This document shows, piece after piece, positions 22,650-33,832 of a stretch of DNA of 64,000 nucleotides (within the stretch, counting starts at the first letter, position 1; the number at the start of each line of letters is the position of its first letter). The translations under genes were made by a program, and so were the position numbers. The notes beneath the pieces are model-generated. The model ran no database searches. It saw nothing but the letters and a program-made list of their open reading frames with translations, and was not told the origin of the DNA. The DNA is from Cyanobacteria bacterium P01_D01_bin.156 (GTDB lineage Bacteria; Cyanobacteriota; Cyanobacteriia; Phormidesmidales; Phormidesmidaceae): positions 181,354 to 245,353 of the forward strand of contig JBCCQQ010000002.1 of NCBI GenBank assembly GCA_039024555.1, given 5' to 3'.

Positions 22650-23057
22650 ATGGCGTTAGCAGTACGTGTAATAGCTCCCGATAAGACTATTTGGGATGCT
22701 GAAGCGGAAGAGGTTGTGCTACCTAGTACAACCGGTCAATTAGGTATTTTGAGTGGTCACGCTCCTTTGCTAACAGCTCTAGATATTGGCGTTTTACGTG
22801 TACGAGCTGACAAGGATTGGGTTGCGATCGCATTGATGGGCGGTTTTGCTGAAATAGAAGACAATGAAGTTACTGTCTTGGTAAATGGTGCCGAGCGTGG
22901 TGACACGATTGATCTTGCTGATGCAAAGTCAGAGTACACCTCTGCAAAGTCAGCATCAGAAGGCACGTCTTCTGAAGATAAGCAGGCTGCTATTCAAGCC
23001 AGCAAAAATTTGAAAAGAGCTCGCGCTCGAGTTCAGGCAGCAGGTGGTAGCATCTAA
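22650..23057 (+). CDS. atpC: F0F1 ATP synthase subunit epsilon
   Basis: LPSTTGQLGILSGHAPL, MGGFAE. Confidence 0.98.
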   Translation: MALAVRVIAPDKTIWDAEAEEVVLPSTTGQLGILSGHAPLLTALDIGVLRVRADKDWVAIALMGGFAEIEDNEVTVLVNGAERGDTIDLADAKSEYTSAKSASEGTSSEDKQAAIQASKNLKRARARVQAAGGSI

Positions 23058-23078
23058 CCGCTCTGAGTCAGCATCGAC

Positions 23079-23130
23079 AAAAATAAAAGAGGCTTTCTCC
23101 CATGTGCGAGAAAGCCTCTTTTATTTTTTT
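23079..23130. terminator. Bidirectional intrinsic terminator after atpC
   Basis: AAAAATAAAAGAGGCTTTCTC...GAGAAAGCCTCTTTTATTTTT. Confidence 0.85.
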
Positions 23131-23230
23131 AGTAAGCAATCCTTATAGAAGAGAGTTTATGCCCAAAAGTAATAGCCTGTCAGTTTTGAACTAAACCAAC
23201 AGGCTAATAACACAATATGCTTTGGCTAAA

Positions 23231-23530
23231 TCATGAACTACCAGTGAAAGCAACGTTGGGAAACTTCTCAGCTGCCTTCTGCATGGTCTGGGCTTTACCC
23301 CCTTCCTGCCAATAGTTGATAATTTCCGTTGCCTGGTTCAGGAGATCAATACGCTCTTCTTCGACAATCCAAGTTTTAGACTCAAGTTCTGTCTTCATCT
23401 GGTCCCACGCATCATTGCGAGGCCAGAAAAAGTAAGAGGTCAGCGGACTCGATCCCTTGCCCACTACTTGATCCACTGCGAGAGCCACATCTTTGTCGAG
23501 CCAGAGAACCTTTAAGATAAATCGAGACAA
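23231..23530 (-). CDS. ycf65: 30S ribosomal protein PSRP-3 / Ycf65
   Basis: [33 protein letters not shown] start at 23530 with GGAGG upstream. Confidence 0.92.
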   Translation of the reverse strand: MSRFILKVLWLDKDVALAVDQVVGKGSSPLTSYFFWPRNDAWDQMKTELESKTWIVEEERIDLLNQATEIINYWQEGGKAQTMQKAAEKFPNVAFTGSS

Positions 23531-23655
23531 TGCAAACCTCCGCTGTACGCCTCTTGGCTTCAAAACTACACGGTTTAATAAAACCACACGGTCTATAATT
23601 CTAGCGCATTTGTTACCCCAAGCGCATTAAAAAATCAGTCTCGTTCACCAAAATA

Positions 23656-24450
23656 ATGTCTAATCCCATTGCTCTTGCAGTCTTTGATATCGATGGTGTT
23701 GTCCGTGATGTAGGCGGGTCTTATCGACGGGCCATTGCCGATACGGTGGAGCACTTTACCCAAGGACGCCATCGTCCCACACCCACTGATCTAGATCAGC
23801 TAAAGAGCGAAGGCATTTGGAATAACGATTGGAAAGCGTCTGAAGAACTTATCAAGCGCTACAGTCAATCCACGGGCATCGCTTACAACACCGACTACAA
23901 CAGTATTGTGGCCTATTTTCAAGAACGCTATCGGGGCACAGGCGAGGATCCAAGCCAGTGGAACGGTTACATTACTCAAGAGCCCGTGCTGATGAGTGCT
24001 CAGTACTTGAATGAGTTGCAGCATGGTGGTGTGCCCTCTGCATTTTTTAGTGGTGCTACCCGAGGTTCGGCTCACTACATTTTGCAGCAGCGGATCGGGT
24101 TGCAAAATCCCATTTTGATTGCCATGGGTGATGCCCCCAGCAAGCCCGACCCCGCTGGGTTATACATGACTATTCAACAATTAGAGGAGCATACGCCCCC
24201 CGGCTTACCGGTGCTATATGCCGGAGATACAGTAGCTGACATGGCTACGATTACTGCTGCCAGAGCAGATTTTCCAGAGCGTCAATGGTTCGGTGTCGGC
24301 GTACTACCTCCCCACGTACAGACGGAGGCAGACTATCAAACTCGCTATAGTGAAACCCTAGAAAAAGCGGGAGCTGCGCTAGTCATTCCTCATGTGGAAC
24401 AGTTAACTGTTGATGCAATTCAAACTTTACTAGGGCAGAAACAACCTTAG
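23656..24450 (+). CDS. HAD-superfamily hydrolase (TIGR01548-like)
   Basis: FDIDGVVRDV, WNNDW, KPDP, YAGDTVADM. Confidence 0.9.
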   Translation: MSNPIALAVFDIDGVVRDVGGSYRRAIADTVEHFTQGRHRPTPTDLDQLKSEGIWNNDWKASEELIKRYSQSTGIAYNTDYNSIVAYFQERYRGTGEDPSQWNGYITQEPVLMSAQYLNELQHGGVPSAFFSGATRGSAHYILQQRIGLQNPILIAMGDAPSKPDPAGLYMTIQQLEEHTPPGLPVLYAGDTVADMATITAARADFPERQWFGVGVLPPHVQTEADYQTRYSETLEKAGAALVIPHVEQLTVDAIQTLLGQKQP

Positions 24451-24587
24451 TCCAAGGCATGGGAGTATCTATAGATTTATTTTCTGTAAACGCAGCAATT
24501 TTGTTCTAAAACTCAGCAATGGGGTTCAAGAACTTTTATGAGCACTGCTCGATAGTAGTAACTGTCAGCCCTCATAAAAAATTAGTT

Positions 24588-25589
24588 ATGAACCGATTTA
24601 TCCATACAGCGTTTTTGTCCACAGCAGTTGCTTTGCTATCGACTGCAAATCGTGCAGAAGCTGCTCAAGTACAAACGGTAACCTTTGAAAGTCAGGGTAA
24701 AACTCTGGTGGGTGACCTGTATCTACCCGACAACTATGTTGAGGGGCAGGAACTACCAGGTATTGTGGTTACAGGTTCATGGACTTCTGTCAAAGAGCAA
24801 ATGTCAGGTCTATATGCCGAAGCTCTAGCAGACAAAGGATTTGCAGCATTAGCCTTTGATTTTAGAAATTTTGGTGAGAGTGAGGGCAACATTCGTGCCC
24901 TAGAAAGTCCAACCATGAAAATTGAGGACATTCAGGCAGCTGCTGAATTTTTGCCTACATTGCCTGAAGTTGCGGATGATTCCGTTGGTGGTCTTGCTGT
25001 GTGTGCTTCAGCAGGTTACATGGCCCATGCGATCGCAAATGGCGCCCCCTTACAGTCCTTCGCCACCGTTGCAGCTTGGTTTCATGACACTGAAACAGCT
25101 CGCGCAGTGTACACCCCCGAACGGTATGAGCGTCTGATAAGTGCCAGTCAAGAGGCTCAAGATTACTACGAGACCAACGGAGTTGTGCAATACACCGTAG
25201 CAGCCACCAATAACGAAGATATTGATCTCGCCGCTATGCGCTGGGCCGACCCCACGTTTTATTACACCGATCCTGAACGAGGTGCGATCGCAGAATACGA
25301 CAATCGTTTTCCCATTATGGCTTGGGAAGAATGGCTGACCTTTGATGCCCTAACAGCCGCTACCCGTATCGAAATCCCTTACCTCATGATTCACGGCGAT
25401 CAAATGGCACTACCTGACAATGCTCAGACATTCTATACTCAGGTCCCTAGCGCTAAAACCATCGAATGGGTAGATGGGCTACAGATGGATTACTACGATC
25501 AACCAGCCCTAGTTAATGATGCTGTCAATCGGGTCACCGAACATTTTCAGAAAACACTTTACTCACCCCAGCTCCCAGAATTCCAGTAG
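24588..25589 (+). CDS. Secreted alpha/beta-fold hydrolase
   Basis: Signal peptide, VKEQ, AFDFRNFGESEG, nucleophile elbow AVCASAG; likely start 24588. Confidence 0.82.
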   Translation: MNRFIHTAFLSTAVALLSTANRAEAAQVQTVTFESQGKTLVGDLYLPDNYVEGQELPGIVVTGSWTSVKEQMSGLYAEALADKGFAALAFDFRNFGESEGNIRALESPTMKIEDIQAAAEFLPTLPEVADDSVGGLAVCASAGYMAHAIANGAPLQSFATVAAWFHDTETARAVYTPERYERLISASQEAQDYYETNGVVQYTVAATNNEDIDLAAMRWADPTFYYTDPERGAIAEYDNRFPIMAWEEWLTFDALTAATRIEIPYLMIHGDQMALPDNAQTFYTQVPSAKTIEWVDGLQMDYYDQPALVNDAVNRVTEHFQKTLYSPQLPEFQ

Positions 25590-25885
25590 GTACCCCAGGC
25601 GTATCTCACCTAAAAAAATCTGGGGGATCAACTCAGCTCATCAACTATTTCAATGTTGTTAAGCTGTAGTATTTATTCGCCCAGACAAAGCTGTAATATC
25701 CTCACTGCTCGGGTCATCAGAAAAGCGGCAACGGCAACGATTTTACATAAGGAGCGAGAAGGCTAGTTTATATAGTCGCCTCATTTAATAGCGCCACTTT
25801 TTTTATCGGAGCAAAACACGATAGCCTCTCTACCAAGCCATGAGACGATAGGCCAGTATTCTAGAAAAGTTCCATATCTGCGTTT

Positions 25886-27370
25886 ATGACTGCCATGGGC
25901 TTCTTGTCATTTTTACTGTCTTTCTATGCTGCGGGAACAACAGCATTGCCGACAACAGTTCCACAACAGCCTCCCACCGAACGGATAGCGCAGTCTAAAA
26001 GCGAAATTATTCCCTACATTCAAGAAGTACGACCATTGCCAGGGGAATTAGATGATATTCCTGTTTTTAATAGCAATAGTCCCGAGATCCTGGGTGGAGA
26101 AGGTATTCTTGTCTCTACGTTTCCTTCTCGTGGTAAAGCCCAACCAGGTGCCCATTTAGACTACAGCTTTGAAGGTCGGTTCGATATTTTTGCCCACCAT
26201 GTAGTGCAAGCGCAGAACGACAGTGATACGCGCACCCGCTATCTCGGAATCGTCGTCCACAACCCCAGTAAAAGCCCTGTCACCCTTAACTTTCGTGAAG
26301 CTGCTAGCTATCTAAGTCAACAGGCTCCTTGGTACGGTCGCAACGATGTGGAATTTAACCTAGCCAGCACCCAGTTTTCAGGTCCAGGCAGTCGGCTGAT
26401 GAATGAGATTTTGCGCGATCGCAGACAGCCCCTATGGTCCCAAACAGTCACTATCCCGGCCCAGTCAAGTCATTTACTGCTCAATGGCCCCATACCGGTA
26501 CGGCGGCTAACAGTACCTACCGATGGTAGCCATGCCCCCGGTCGTGAACTACTGCCCCGCTTACCAAAAACCTTAGGCGGTAATCGCAACAATGCCCGAT
26601 CCACGCTCATGCGAGTGGTCAGCGATGGCCCTGTGTATATAGCCAGTTTAAGTATGCTGGCCCCACTCACGGACAGCGGTGGAGAGCGGGTTCCCCGTCT
26701 TGATGAATGGATACAGCTTTTAGTCAATGGTGGTCTCGTGGGGCCACGAGACCGACGCCCTAGTCCCCCCAACTCTGAAACTAACTCTTTTATTTATGGT
26801 CGGGTAGCAGGCGTCAGCCAAGGATCGCGCTGGCAAGCCACATTGACTGACCAACGCTCATCCCAGCTGGCAATTCCCGCACCAGGGGAACAGCTTTCTT
26901 ATGCCATCAGCACTGTGGACCGCAACACCTTTGGAACCCGGCAAGTACAGAGCGCTCCGATGCTCCGGCGCTATCGTGACACGGCCTACCGCGCCCATGG
27001 CAACTATGGGACTGAGTACGATCTAACCTTGCCGTTGCATAACCCAACAGATAAGCCACAAAAAATTTCCCTCTCGGTACAAACACCTCTACAAAATGAA
27101 ACTCTCAAAAATGCCCTAACGTTTTTAATTCCCCATGAGAATCGCATTTTCTTTCGGGGCACTCTCTTGTTTCTCTACACTAACGACCAAGGCAAACGAC
27201 AGGCTGACTATATTCACCTTGTCCAAAGAAGGGGACAGATAGGTCCACCGCTTGTAGAACTTACCCTTGCTCCCCAGGAGGAACGCTCCGTAGAGGTGCA
27301 GTTTCTTTATCCCCCCGATGCCACTCCCCCCCAAGTGCTGACGTTGACCACCCACAACCCAGAAAGCTGA
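25886..27370 (+). CDS. DUF3370 family protein
   Basis: VFNSNSPE, GILVSTFP, AHGNYG, YPPDATPPQVLT. Confidence 0.88.
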   Translation: MTAMGFLSFLLSFYAAGTTALPTTVPQQPPTERIAQSKSEIIPYIQEVRPLPGELDDIPVFNSNSPEILGGEGILVSTFPSRGKAQPGAHLDYSFEGRFDIFAHHVVQAQNDSDTRTRYLGIVVHNPSKSPVTLNFREAASYLSQQAPWYGRNDVEFNLASTQFSGPGSRLMNEILRDRRQPLWSQTVTIPAQSSHLLLNGPIPVRRLTVPTDGSHAPGRELLPRLPKTLGGNRNNARSTLMRVVSDGPVYIASLSMLAPLTDSGGERVPRLDEWIQLLVNGGLVGPRDRRPSPPNSETNSFIYGRVAGVSQGSRWQATLTDQRSSQLAIPAPGEQLSYAISTVDRNTFGTRQVQSAPMLRRYRDTAYRAHGNYGTEYDLTLPLHNPTDKPQKISLSVQTPLQNETLKNALTFLIPHENRIFFRGTLLFLYTNDQGKRQADYIHLVQRRGQIGPPLVELTLAPQEERSVEVQFLYPPDATPPQVLTLTTHNPES

Positions 27371-27454
27371 CAGGTGCTCCTGCCGAAAGACGGACCTTAA
27401 ACACGCAAAGCATATGGAGCGTGCAGGACCTCAAAAACTGCGCCTAACCGAGCA

Positions 27455-28474
27455 CTATCCAGCGAACCAATCGGCCAGTGGATCTGTAGACCGGACAATG
27501 TGCATGCCAGCATCGGCAAACCGTTGATACGCTTCGTCAGCAGCGGTCGAAAAATCTACAACGCCAGGGACAACAACGGGGGAACTACAGTCTTCTAATA
27601 AATAAACTTTTTTAGCGAGGGCAGGGTCTATTTGCTGAATTTCAGTCAGCAGATCGTCAATGGTCCAGGCCACACAATGGCTTTTAGCTTGGCCTGCGAT
27701 CGCAACCGCATCAAACACTAGCAAGTGCTGAATCAGCGACTGATTTTTGTGAGCCACAGTCTTGCCAGTAGCATCTTCTAGAACCTCTGGTCGCAGCACC
27801 GAATAATTTTCCGTGAGGGGATTGCTCCCCTTCAGTTCAAATCGCGTTTGAGACTGACGTGCCAAATTATGAAAAAAGCAGGCTTCTTCAAATGCAGACA
27901 CCAAACTGTGGCCAATGCCCCCCAGCATCGAATGATAAGGCCACACCGTCAGTGGATATTTACCATCCTCACTGAGCTGTGTCACATAGTGCAACGCAAA
28001 CGCTTCTAACTGCTCTAGGGGTTTGCCCAAACTGGTCACCATGGCCGGATTCACCCGCCAGCGACCGCTGCGTACATCATCTAGCTGCACCATGGTCATG
28101 GGGGCAGGCATATTTCCTTCCCCATCCACCCAAAAAGCCGCATGGAAAATCTGCACAGCCTGATGAGTATCCATGGTGGGCACAATTTCAGTAATCTGCC
28201 CTAAATTCTGGTAAATAAACTCGCACAGACGGCGCGTATCTTCCACGGCCCCACTGCCAGAGGCTCCACCTACAAACAGTTCAAAACCAGGAATACAAAA
28301 CGTATTTTGAACATCAATGGCCAACACACATAACTTAGGATTGTCAGCCACCGCTGGTTGAATATTGTGGGTCTCGGCCCATGATTGAGCCTGAATCGCT
28401 CGCTCCTCATAGGGAACACGCCAAACATCACCAACGGTGTCAGCAGTAAAAAACTCAGGAATCGGCAGAGCCAT
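27455..28474 (-). CDS. Isochorismatase/nicotinamidase-like cysteine hydrolase
   Basis: IDVQNTFC, TMDTH, WPYH, KG.NPLTENYS, AGQAKSHCV. Confidence 0.88.
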   Translation of the reverse strand: MALPIPEFFTADTVGDVWRVPYEERAIQAQSWAETHNIQPAVADNPKLCVLAIDVQNTFCIPGFELFVGGASGSGAVEDTRRLCEFIYQNLGQITEIVPTMDTHQAVQIFHAAFWVDGEGNMPAPMTMVQLDDVRSGRWRVNPAMVTSLGKPLEQLEAFALHYVTQLSEDGKYPLTVWPYHSMLGGIGHSLVSAFEEACFFHNLARQSQTRFELKGSNPLTENYSVLRPEVLEDATGKTVAHKNQSLIQHLLVFDAVAIAGQAKSHCVAWTIDDLLTEIQQIDPALAKKVYLLEDCSSPVVVPGVVDFSTAADEAYQRFADAGMHIVRSTDPLADWFAG

Positions 28475-28496
28475 GGTGCATCCTCCAAGTAAACGA

Positions 28497-29285
28497 CTAT
28501 GACTTCAATAGGGGCATGTAGGCGGCTTTGAACTGAATAATAATTGCCTTTAGCGGCTCATCCAGAATTTTCCACACATTATCTAGAATGGCCTCCGGCA
28601 CTTCACCGTAAAAGGCTTCAGCCATACCGCCCGTAATGCAGGTCAGGGTATCGGCATCTCCACCAAGGGATATGGCATTGCGAATAGCATCGGTAAAACT
28701 CTCGGATTCAAGAAAAGCAATGATGGCTTCGGGTACCGTTTCCTGACAGGATTCATTGAACTGATAATCGGGACGAATCTCGTCAAGACTGCGGCTCAAA
28801 TCGTAGCCAAACTGAGTTTCTATATAGCTTTTAATGGCTTGTTTAGACTGGCCCTGGCGCGCCAGAAAAATTGCTGCAGCGGTCGCTTGAGCCCCCTTAA
28901 CGCCCTCAGGGTGATTGTGGGTGACAACGGCAGTTTGTTTTGCCCCTTGCAACACGGCTTCTAAATCGTGATGAGCATAGGCAACAGGACTCACCCGCAT
29001 GGCTGAACCATTGCCCCAGCTATTGTAGGGTTCACTCTCCGTGGCCGCTGCCCAAGACTGAAATCGGGCACCATACCCACCACAGGGATGGGGATAACGG
29101 CGATAAAACTGCTTAAACGCATGGCTGTAGCTACCTCCATGGAGTAGCACATTGGCCACGGCCACGGTCAAAATGGTGTCATCAGTGAATGTGCTTTGGT
29201 CTGTGAATAGAGGAAAGGTTTTAGTTTTATGGGCCTTAAACTCATAGGCAGAACCGATAATGTCACCTGTAATTGCGCCAAGCAT
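28497..29285 (-). CDS. ADP-ribosylglycohydrolase (DraG/ARH family)
   Basis: GAITGDIIGS, TDDT, GNGSAMRVSP, THNHPEG, GGDADT. Confidence 0.95.
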   Translation of the reverse strand: MLGAITGDIIGSAYEFKAHKTKTFPLFTDQSTFTDDTILTVAVANVLLHGGSYSHAFKQFYRRYPHPCGGYGARFQSWAAATESEPYNSWGNGSAMRVSPVAYAHHDLEAVLQGAKQTAVVTHNHPEGVKGAQATAAAIFLARQGQSKQAIKSYIETQFGYDLSRSLDEIRPDYQFNESCQETVPEAIIAFLESESFTDAIRNAISLGGDADTLTCITGGMAEAFYGEVPEAILDNVWKILDEPLKAIIIQFKAAYMPLLKS

Positions 29286-29323
29286 ATAAATGTGTGCCTA
29301 AAAGTGTGTATTGCAAAAAACGC

Positions 29324-29344
29324 TTTGTGTATTTTTTACACTAA
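29324..29344. promoter_or_regulatory. Putative NrtR operator
   Basis: 21-bp palindrome TTTGTGTATTTTTTACACTAA with GT-N7-AC core, between divergent nrtR and ARH genes. Confidence 0.8.
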
Positions 29345-29382
29345 GATACATTTGGTTATAGCGAATCAACGTGTGAACGTCA

Positions 29383-30078
29383 ATGGTCCATAGTTACGAT
29401 TACCCTAGACCAGCGCTTACGGTGGACTGTGTTGTATTTGGGTTAGGGAAAAAGACTGACACTTTACAGGTTCTACTCATTCAACGCCGTCTGCCTCCAT
29501 TTGCAGGGCAATGGGCGCTACCCGGTGGCTTTATACACAAAAATGAAGGGTTAGAAACCGCTGCCCGCCGAGAACTCACTGAAGAAACCGGTGTTAGAGA
29601 ATTATTTCTGGAGCAGCTGCGGGCCTATGGACAACCGCACCGAGATCCACGGGGACACACCGTCACTGTCGCTTTCTATGCGTTGGTCAATCTTTGGAAT
29701 CATCAGATAAAAGCTGCCACCGATGCGAGGCAAGCTCAATGGTGTGCTATCACTCAGCTTCCAAAGCTGGCCTTTGACCACGAGGCTATTCTTACGGATG
29801 CGATCGCAGCATTGCGTTCTTCAATTCGACACCGCCCCATCGGCTTTGAGTTACTTCCACCTAAATTCACCCTGAGCCAGCTACAAAGGCTTTACGAAAT
29901 TGTTTTAGATCGTCCCTTTGACAAACGCAACTTTCGAAAAAAGCTGCTCAAGCTAGATATCTTAGTGGCCTTGGATGAAAAGGAGGTCAACGTCGCCCAC
30001 CGCGCTGCCCAGCTATACCAGTTCAACTCTGCAAAATATAAAGCACAGCAACAAACAGGGTTTAATTTCGACTTATGA
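29383..30078 (+). CDS. nrtR: NrtR transcriptional regulator (Nudix + winged HTH)
   Basis: [22 protein letters not shown]udix box, [26 protein letters not shown]. Confidence 0.92.
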   Translation: MVHSYDYPRPALTVDCVVFGLGKKTDTLQVLLIQRRLPPFAGQWALPGGFIHKNEGLETAARRELTEETGVRELFLEQLRAYGQPHRDPRGHTVTVAFYALVNLWNHQIKAATDARQAQWCAITQLPKLAFDHEAILTDAIAALRSSIRHRPIGFELLPPKFTLSQLQRLYEIVLDRPFDKRNFRKKLLKLDILVALDEKEVNVAHRAAQLYQFNSAKYKAQQQTGFNFDL

Positions 30079-30121
30079 GACTCCTTGCAGAGTGTCGTTT
30101 AGCCAGAGCAACCCACACTTG

Positions 30122-31018
30122 CTATCCCAGTAGGGAATAGATATTGCCATCGATTAACAGATGGGTAATTCCCTTAGCCTGCAAATAATAGGAGGCCTTA
30201 GTAATAATTTGACCATCCGGCACCTTAATAATCCGCTGGTTACGTCGTGAAAACCGACGGGCCACACGATGATTATCAAAGACAGGCAAGGTTAAGGCTG
30301 ATGCTTGTTCTTCAGGAATAGTCCCTAAATCAGCAAATTCTTTAAGGGGATGGGTAATCAGCTCTGACAGCCGGTCCACTACCAAATAACAGGTACGGGG
30401 AAAGACAGCATCCCCAATGGGCATAATCTCGACCGAAGTGCCTAAGAAACCGGCATCATCTACACCAGAGTCATCGTCGTCAAAGTCATCGTCGTCATCA
30501 AACTCAGCGTCTAGCTCGCTATCGAGGTCATCATCATCGTCCATATCGGACAAATCCTCGTCGAGAATCTCTAGATCATCATCATCTAGATCGGCCTCCT
30601 CTAAAGCTGTCTCCTGAGGCTCAGGTAACAGTTCAGCCTCAGCCTCTCGTTGAGCAACATCTCCAGCTTCAGACGCTAGTAACTCTAGCTGACCGTCATT
30701 GGGAGATGCGCTCTCTGGTTCGGTTTCAACCGCAGCTGACCGCAGGCGCGTTCTACGAGGTCGGGGCTTTTCTATTTTGACGGGTGGTGGTACAGCTTCT
30801 GCTTCTACAGATGTGGCCGATTTCTCCGACGGTCCCGAACGCTTTTGAGCAACTAAGGCTCGATATTCGTCTTCAGGAATTTGCGTCTTTAAAATTCGAC
30901 TGATGGTACTGGTGCTAACCCCATAACGCATCGCAATGGTTGAGGTGGTCTCTCCAGGTTGCCGATAAATTTCAATTACGTCACGTTTATCAGCGTCAGA
31001 CAGTTTGCGCGATGCCAT
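30122..31018 (-). CDS. Conserved cyanobacterial protein with N-terminal HTH and acidic linker
   Basis: HTH (TTSTIAMRYGVSTSTISRIL), Asp-rich tract, C-terminal LPVFDNHRVARRFS. Confidence 0.8.
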   Translation of the reverse strand: MASRKLSDADKRDVIEIYRQPGETTSTIAMRYGVSTSTISRILKTQIPEDEYRALVAQKRSGPSEKSATSVEAEAVPPPVKIEKPRPRRTRLRSAAVETEPESASPNDGQLELLASEAGDVAQREAEAELLPEPQETALEEADLDDDDLEILDEDLSDMDDDDDLDSELDAEFDDDDDFDDDDSGVDDAGFLGTSVEIMPIGDAVFPRTCYLVVDRLSELITHPLKEFADLGTIPEEQASALTLPVFDNHRVARRFSRRNQRIIKVPDGQIITKASYYLQAKGITHLLIDGNIYSLLG

Positions 31019-31081
31019 ACACACAACACCCTTAGGGGCAGGTAAAAACGTCTTTCTAGTATGCCAGGTTTGGGCCTAGTG

Positions 31082-32152
31082 TTATGAGCGACGACGCGAT
31101 CCCCGACGTGACCGTTTCGAAACGTCATATTCAATGGCTGCTCCAGCTGCAAAAAACAGGGCAGAGAACGTCCAAAACACCTCCCACAATGCGCCCTCGG
31201 TATAGTTATCGCCTGAAGCCGCAAAGGCCATATCGGCAATATATAAACAGAAGGTTGCGATCGCAATTAGTTTCCAAGACTGGGAAAATCGTCCCCCCCA
31301 AAAGGCAACCAATAGCGCCGCTGCAATCACCACCAGAAAACAATCTGCAACCACATACATTAACGTCACCGGATCAGCATATTGCTCTAACACGGCATCT
31401 AACGTCTGGGCCCAACCTGGAGCAGGTAATATTCCGGCAACGGTCTCAACCTCTGCCTCAACCAACGCTTCACCCTCACCATCCGGTGTCGTAATCGGCG
31501 CTGTCGCAGGCGCTTCTTCCACAACTGGGGATTCTTCTGCAGCAGGCTGAGGTGCCGTAGGCACAGGCTCTTCTGCTGGCACTGAAGGAGCTTGGGCTAC
31601 ATAGGCATTAGCAGCATAGGCAGGCTGAGGCGATAGCTGGGCTAAGGCTGGAAAACCGTAGTTCAAAACACAGGCCAAAACAACACCCACAGCACCAATC
31701 GCAAAAATCATTAGCCACTGAGGAACCGTCAGGTCAATGCGTCGTGGCAATGCAGCTAGCAACATGCCAATCACCATGGCCACATAGCTAATAAAGTAAA
31801 ACCCATCTCCAAGCGATACAGATGGATCTAAGCCCCATACAGTGCCCCACAAAAAAAAGAACACATTACCAGCAGCGTAGGCGAGCATGCCCACACCTAG
31901 AGCCAACCAAACGGTTCGACCACTAATAATCTGAGAACTGCCAGAATTACGAATGCACAGATATGCAGCCAGCAAAAAGGCAAAAATTTCTAAAAAAGTA
32001 ATTGAGATTAAAAACCAGTCTGGGCGCGCCTCTTCTCCAGGAGCCAAGGCTCCAAACAATAAAAAGAAAAGGGCCGATAAAACACCCCAACCGATGCATA
32101 GAAGCAAGGTAGATTGCGAACTGGCTTGAAAAGCCTTGGAGGACTGAGTCAA
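31082..32152 (-). CDS. Hypothetical multi-pass membrane protein
   Basis: Multiple TM helices with a Pro/Ala/Glu-rich loop; FWGGRFSQSWKLIA. Confidence 0.8.
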   Translation of the reverse strand: MTQSSKAFQASSQSTLLLCIGWGVLSALFFLLFGALAPGEEARPDWFLISITFLEIFAFLLAAYLCIRNSGSSQIISGRTVWLALGVGMLAYAAGNVFFFLWGTVWGLDPSVSLGDGFYFISYVAMVIGMLLAALPRRIDLTVPQWLMIFAIGAVGVVLACVLNYGFPALAQLSPQPAYAANAYVAQAPSVPAEEPVPTAPQPAAEESPVVEEAPATAPITTPDGEGEALVEAEVETVAGILPAPGWAQTLDAVLEQYADPVTLMYVVADCFLVVIAAALLVAFWGGRFSQSWKLIAIATFCLYIADMAFAASGDNYTEGALWEVFWTFSALFFAAGAAIEYDVSKRSRRGSRRRS

Positions 32153-32425
32153 AGCTCTACTCCCTAATGCATAACACCGAAGAGATTCAATAAAGGCGAT
32201 ACATTACATATCAACCTAATTAAAATCTTAAAAATCCAACGTTACCTGATTATGGCCTCTGAGACTATATCCAGAAGCGCTAAGCATAAATACAAGCTCT
32301 ATAGCTTACAAAACCATCAACCAAAGTTGATAAATTCTTTATGCACTCGAAGAATACCCACAATATCCGTTAGAAGTCACGGTCTGTAAATAAATGCAAT
32401 GCCATTATTAGTTAAACCACCTACG

Positions 32426-33100
32426 CTATTGCCAAAGCTGACCACTCGAAAGTTGTTTTAACCAATTTAGAAACGCATCTCTCTCCGTCGGAGATAACTC
32501 GTCTAACGCCTCTAGGGCACGTTCTGTAAAGTTAGATCGACCAAAATAATTTTTACCGATCCGGTGCAATTCCTTGAATATCGTATTGATATGACTCGTC
32601 TGCCAGGGTGGCAAGGCTCCTGAGAAAGGATCTAGCTTTAGGACGCCAGTCACCAATTCGGCAGAACTCAACTCAGGTAAACGCATCTGCGCTCCCACCG
32701 CTGCTAGATCACCTTCAAAGCGTTTCGCTTGCTTATCTCCCATCAAGTCAGCCACGTCATCGTACATCGCCTGCAAAACGAGAACGCCCGCTTTAATAAA
32801 CACTGCACTAACACCACCAACCGCAGCAGAATCAGATTTTGGAGTTTCCCCAGAAGTCTGATCGAACTGAATTTTGCCCCACACACTAAACCGTTCCGGT
32901 TCTTCTAGCAAAACACAGGCCTTACCACGATTATCTGTTAAATCTCGCCAGAGAGTACGAGCTTCTTCTTCCTGGGCTGCATTAAAAACACTCAGCAAGC
33001 GGAACGTCTGTCCTTGATAGGACAAGATTGGAATCTTTTGCTCTTTAGACGGATGCTGAAAACTACCAAGTTCTACATCCTGACGCTTTAAGATGAACAT
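32426..33100 (-). CDS. Npun_F0813-like conserved cyanobacterial protein
   Basis: MFILKRQDV..QHP..IPILSYQGQTFRL..WRDLTDNRGKACVLLEEPERFSVW; start 33100. Confidence 0.8.
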   Translation of the reverse strand: MFILKRQDVELGSFQHPSKEQKIPILSYQGQTFRLLSVFNAAQEEEARTLWRDLTDNRGKACVLLEEPERFSVWGKIQFDQTSGETPKSDSAAVGGVSAVFIKAGVLVLQAMYDDVADLMGDKQAKRFEGDLAAVGAQMRLPELSSAELVTGVLKLDPFSGALPPWQTSHINTIFKELHRIGKNYFGRSNFTERALEALDELSPTERDAFLNWLKQLSSGQLWQ

Positions 33101-33634
33101 AGTGCTGCCGATAAATGCTAACCCATATGGGCCAAGGCCATCCGCTTTGGCGAGTAGGCCATCAGTCAACTAATTTGTCTTTTCAGAGTTGCTGAGCCGA
33201 ATTGTGACTCCATTTGCAAGATACCGCGACATAACGTGTTTTATCGATCGCTTTACATATATATCAGCAGCAGCTCGTTTTCCGAACTCCCAGTTAAATT
33301 CAACCCCACTGTCTAGCTCAGCTCAAGATTTCATCAAAACCAATCAATATGGTCTTACCCCAATGGAGGTTGGAACCATAAAGTATTTGGTAGAGCATTA
33401 CACAATCAAAAAACAATAGCTAGAAACATTCTGTGCATCAGCGTACCCAGTTACTCCCCCCACCACGACAGCATTGGCTTTTAGACATTTGATGGACATA
33501 ATAGATTGTGAACAATCCAGTCTGAGATTGTAGACTTAGCATGCAGATGTGTTTAGAGTGTCTGTAAGCAAACCATCATTGCTCGCAGCCTTACACTAAG
33601 CCATTAGCTTAGGTCATTGCTGAGTCATAGAAGT

Positions 33635-33707
<73 letters not shown>

Positions 33708-33832
33708 TTTTCCTGGAAAAATCTCCCATCATTTCAAGTAAATATGGGAAAAGTCATGTAAAGCACGTTGAACTAAGGCCAGAAAATCAACAATTTTGTT
33801 CTTCAGTGACCTCAATGTTGAAGTGCGAAGCT

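Noticed and set aside
30122..31018. HTH protein that could be mistaken for a transposase
   Set aside because: No DDE domain, terminal repeats or target duplication; looks like a conserved cyanobacterial protein
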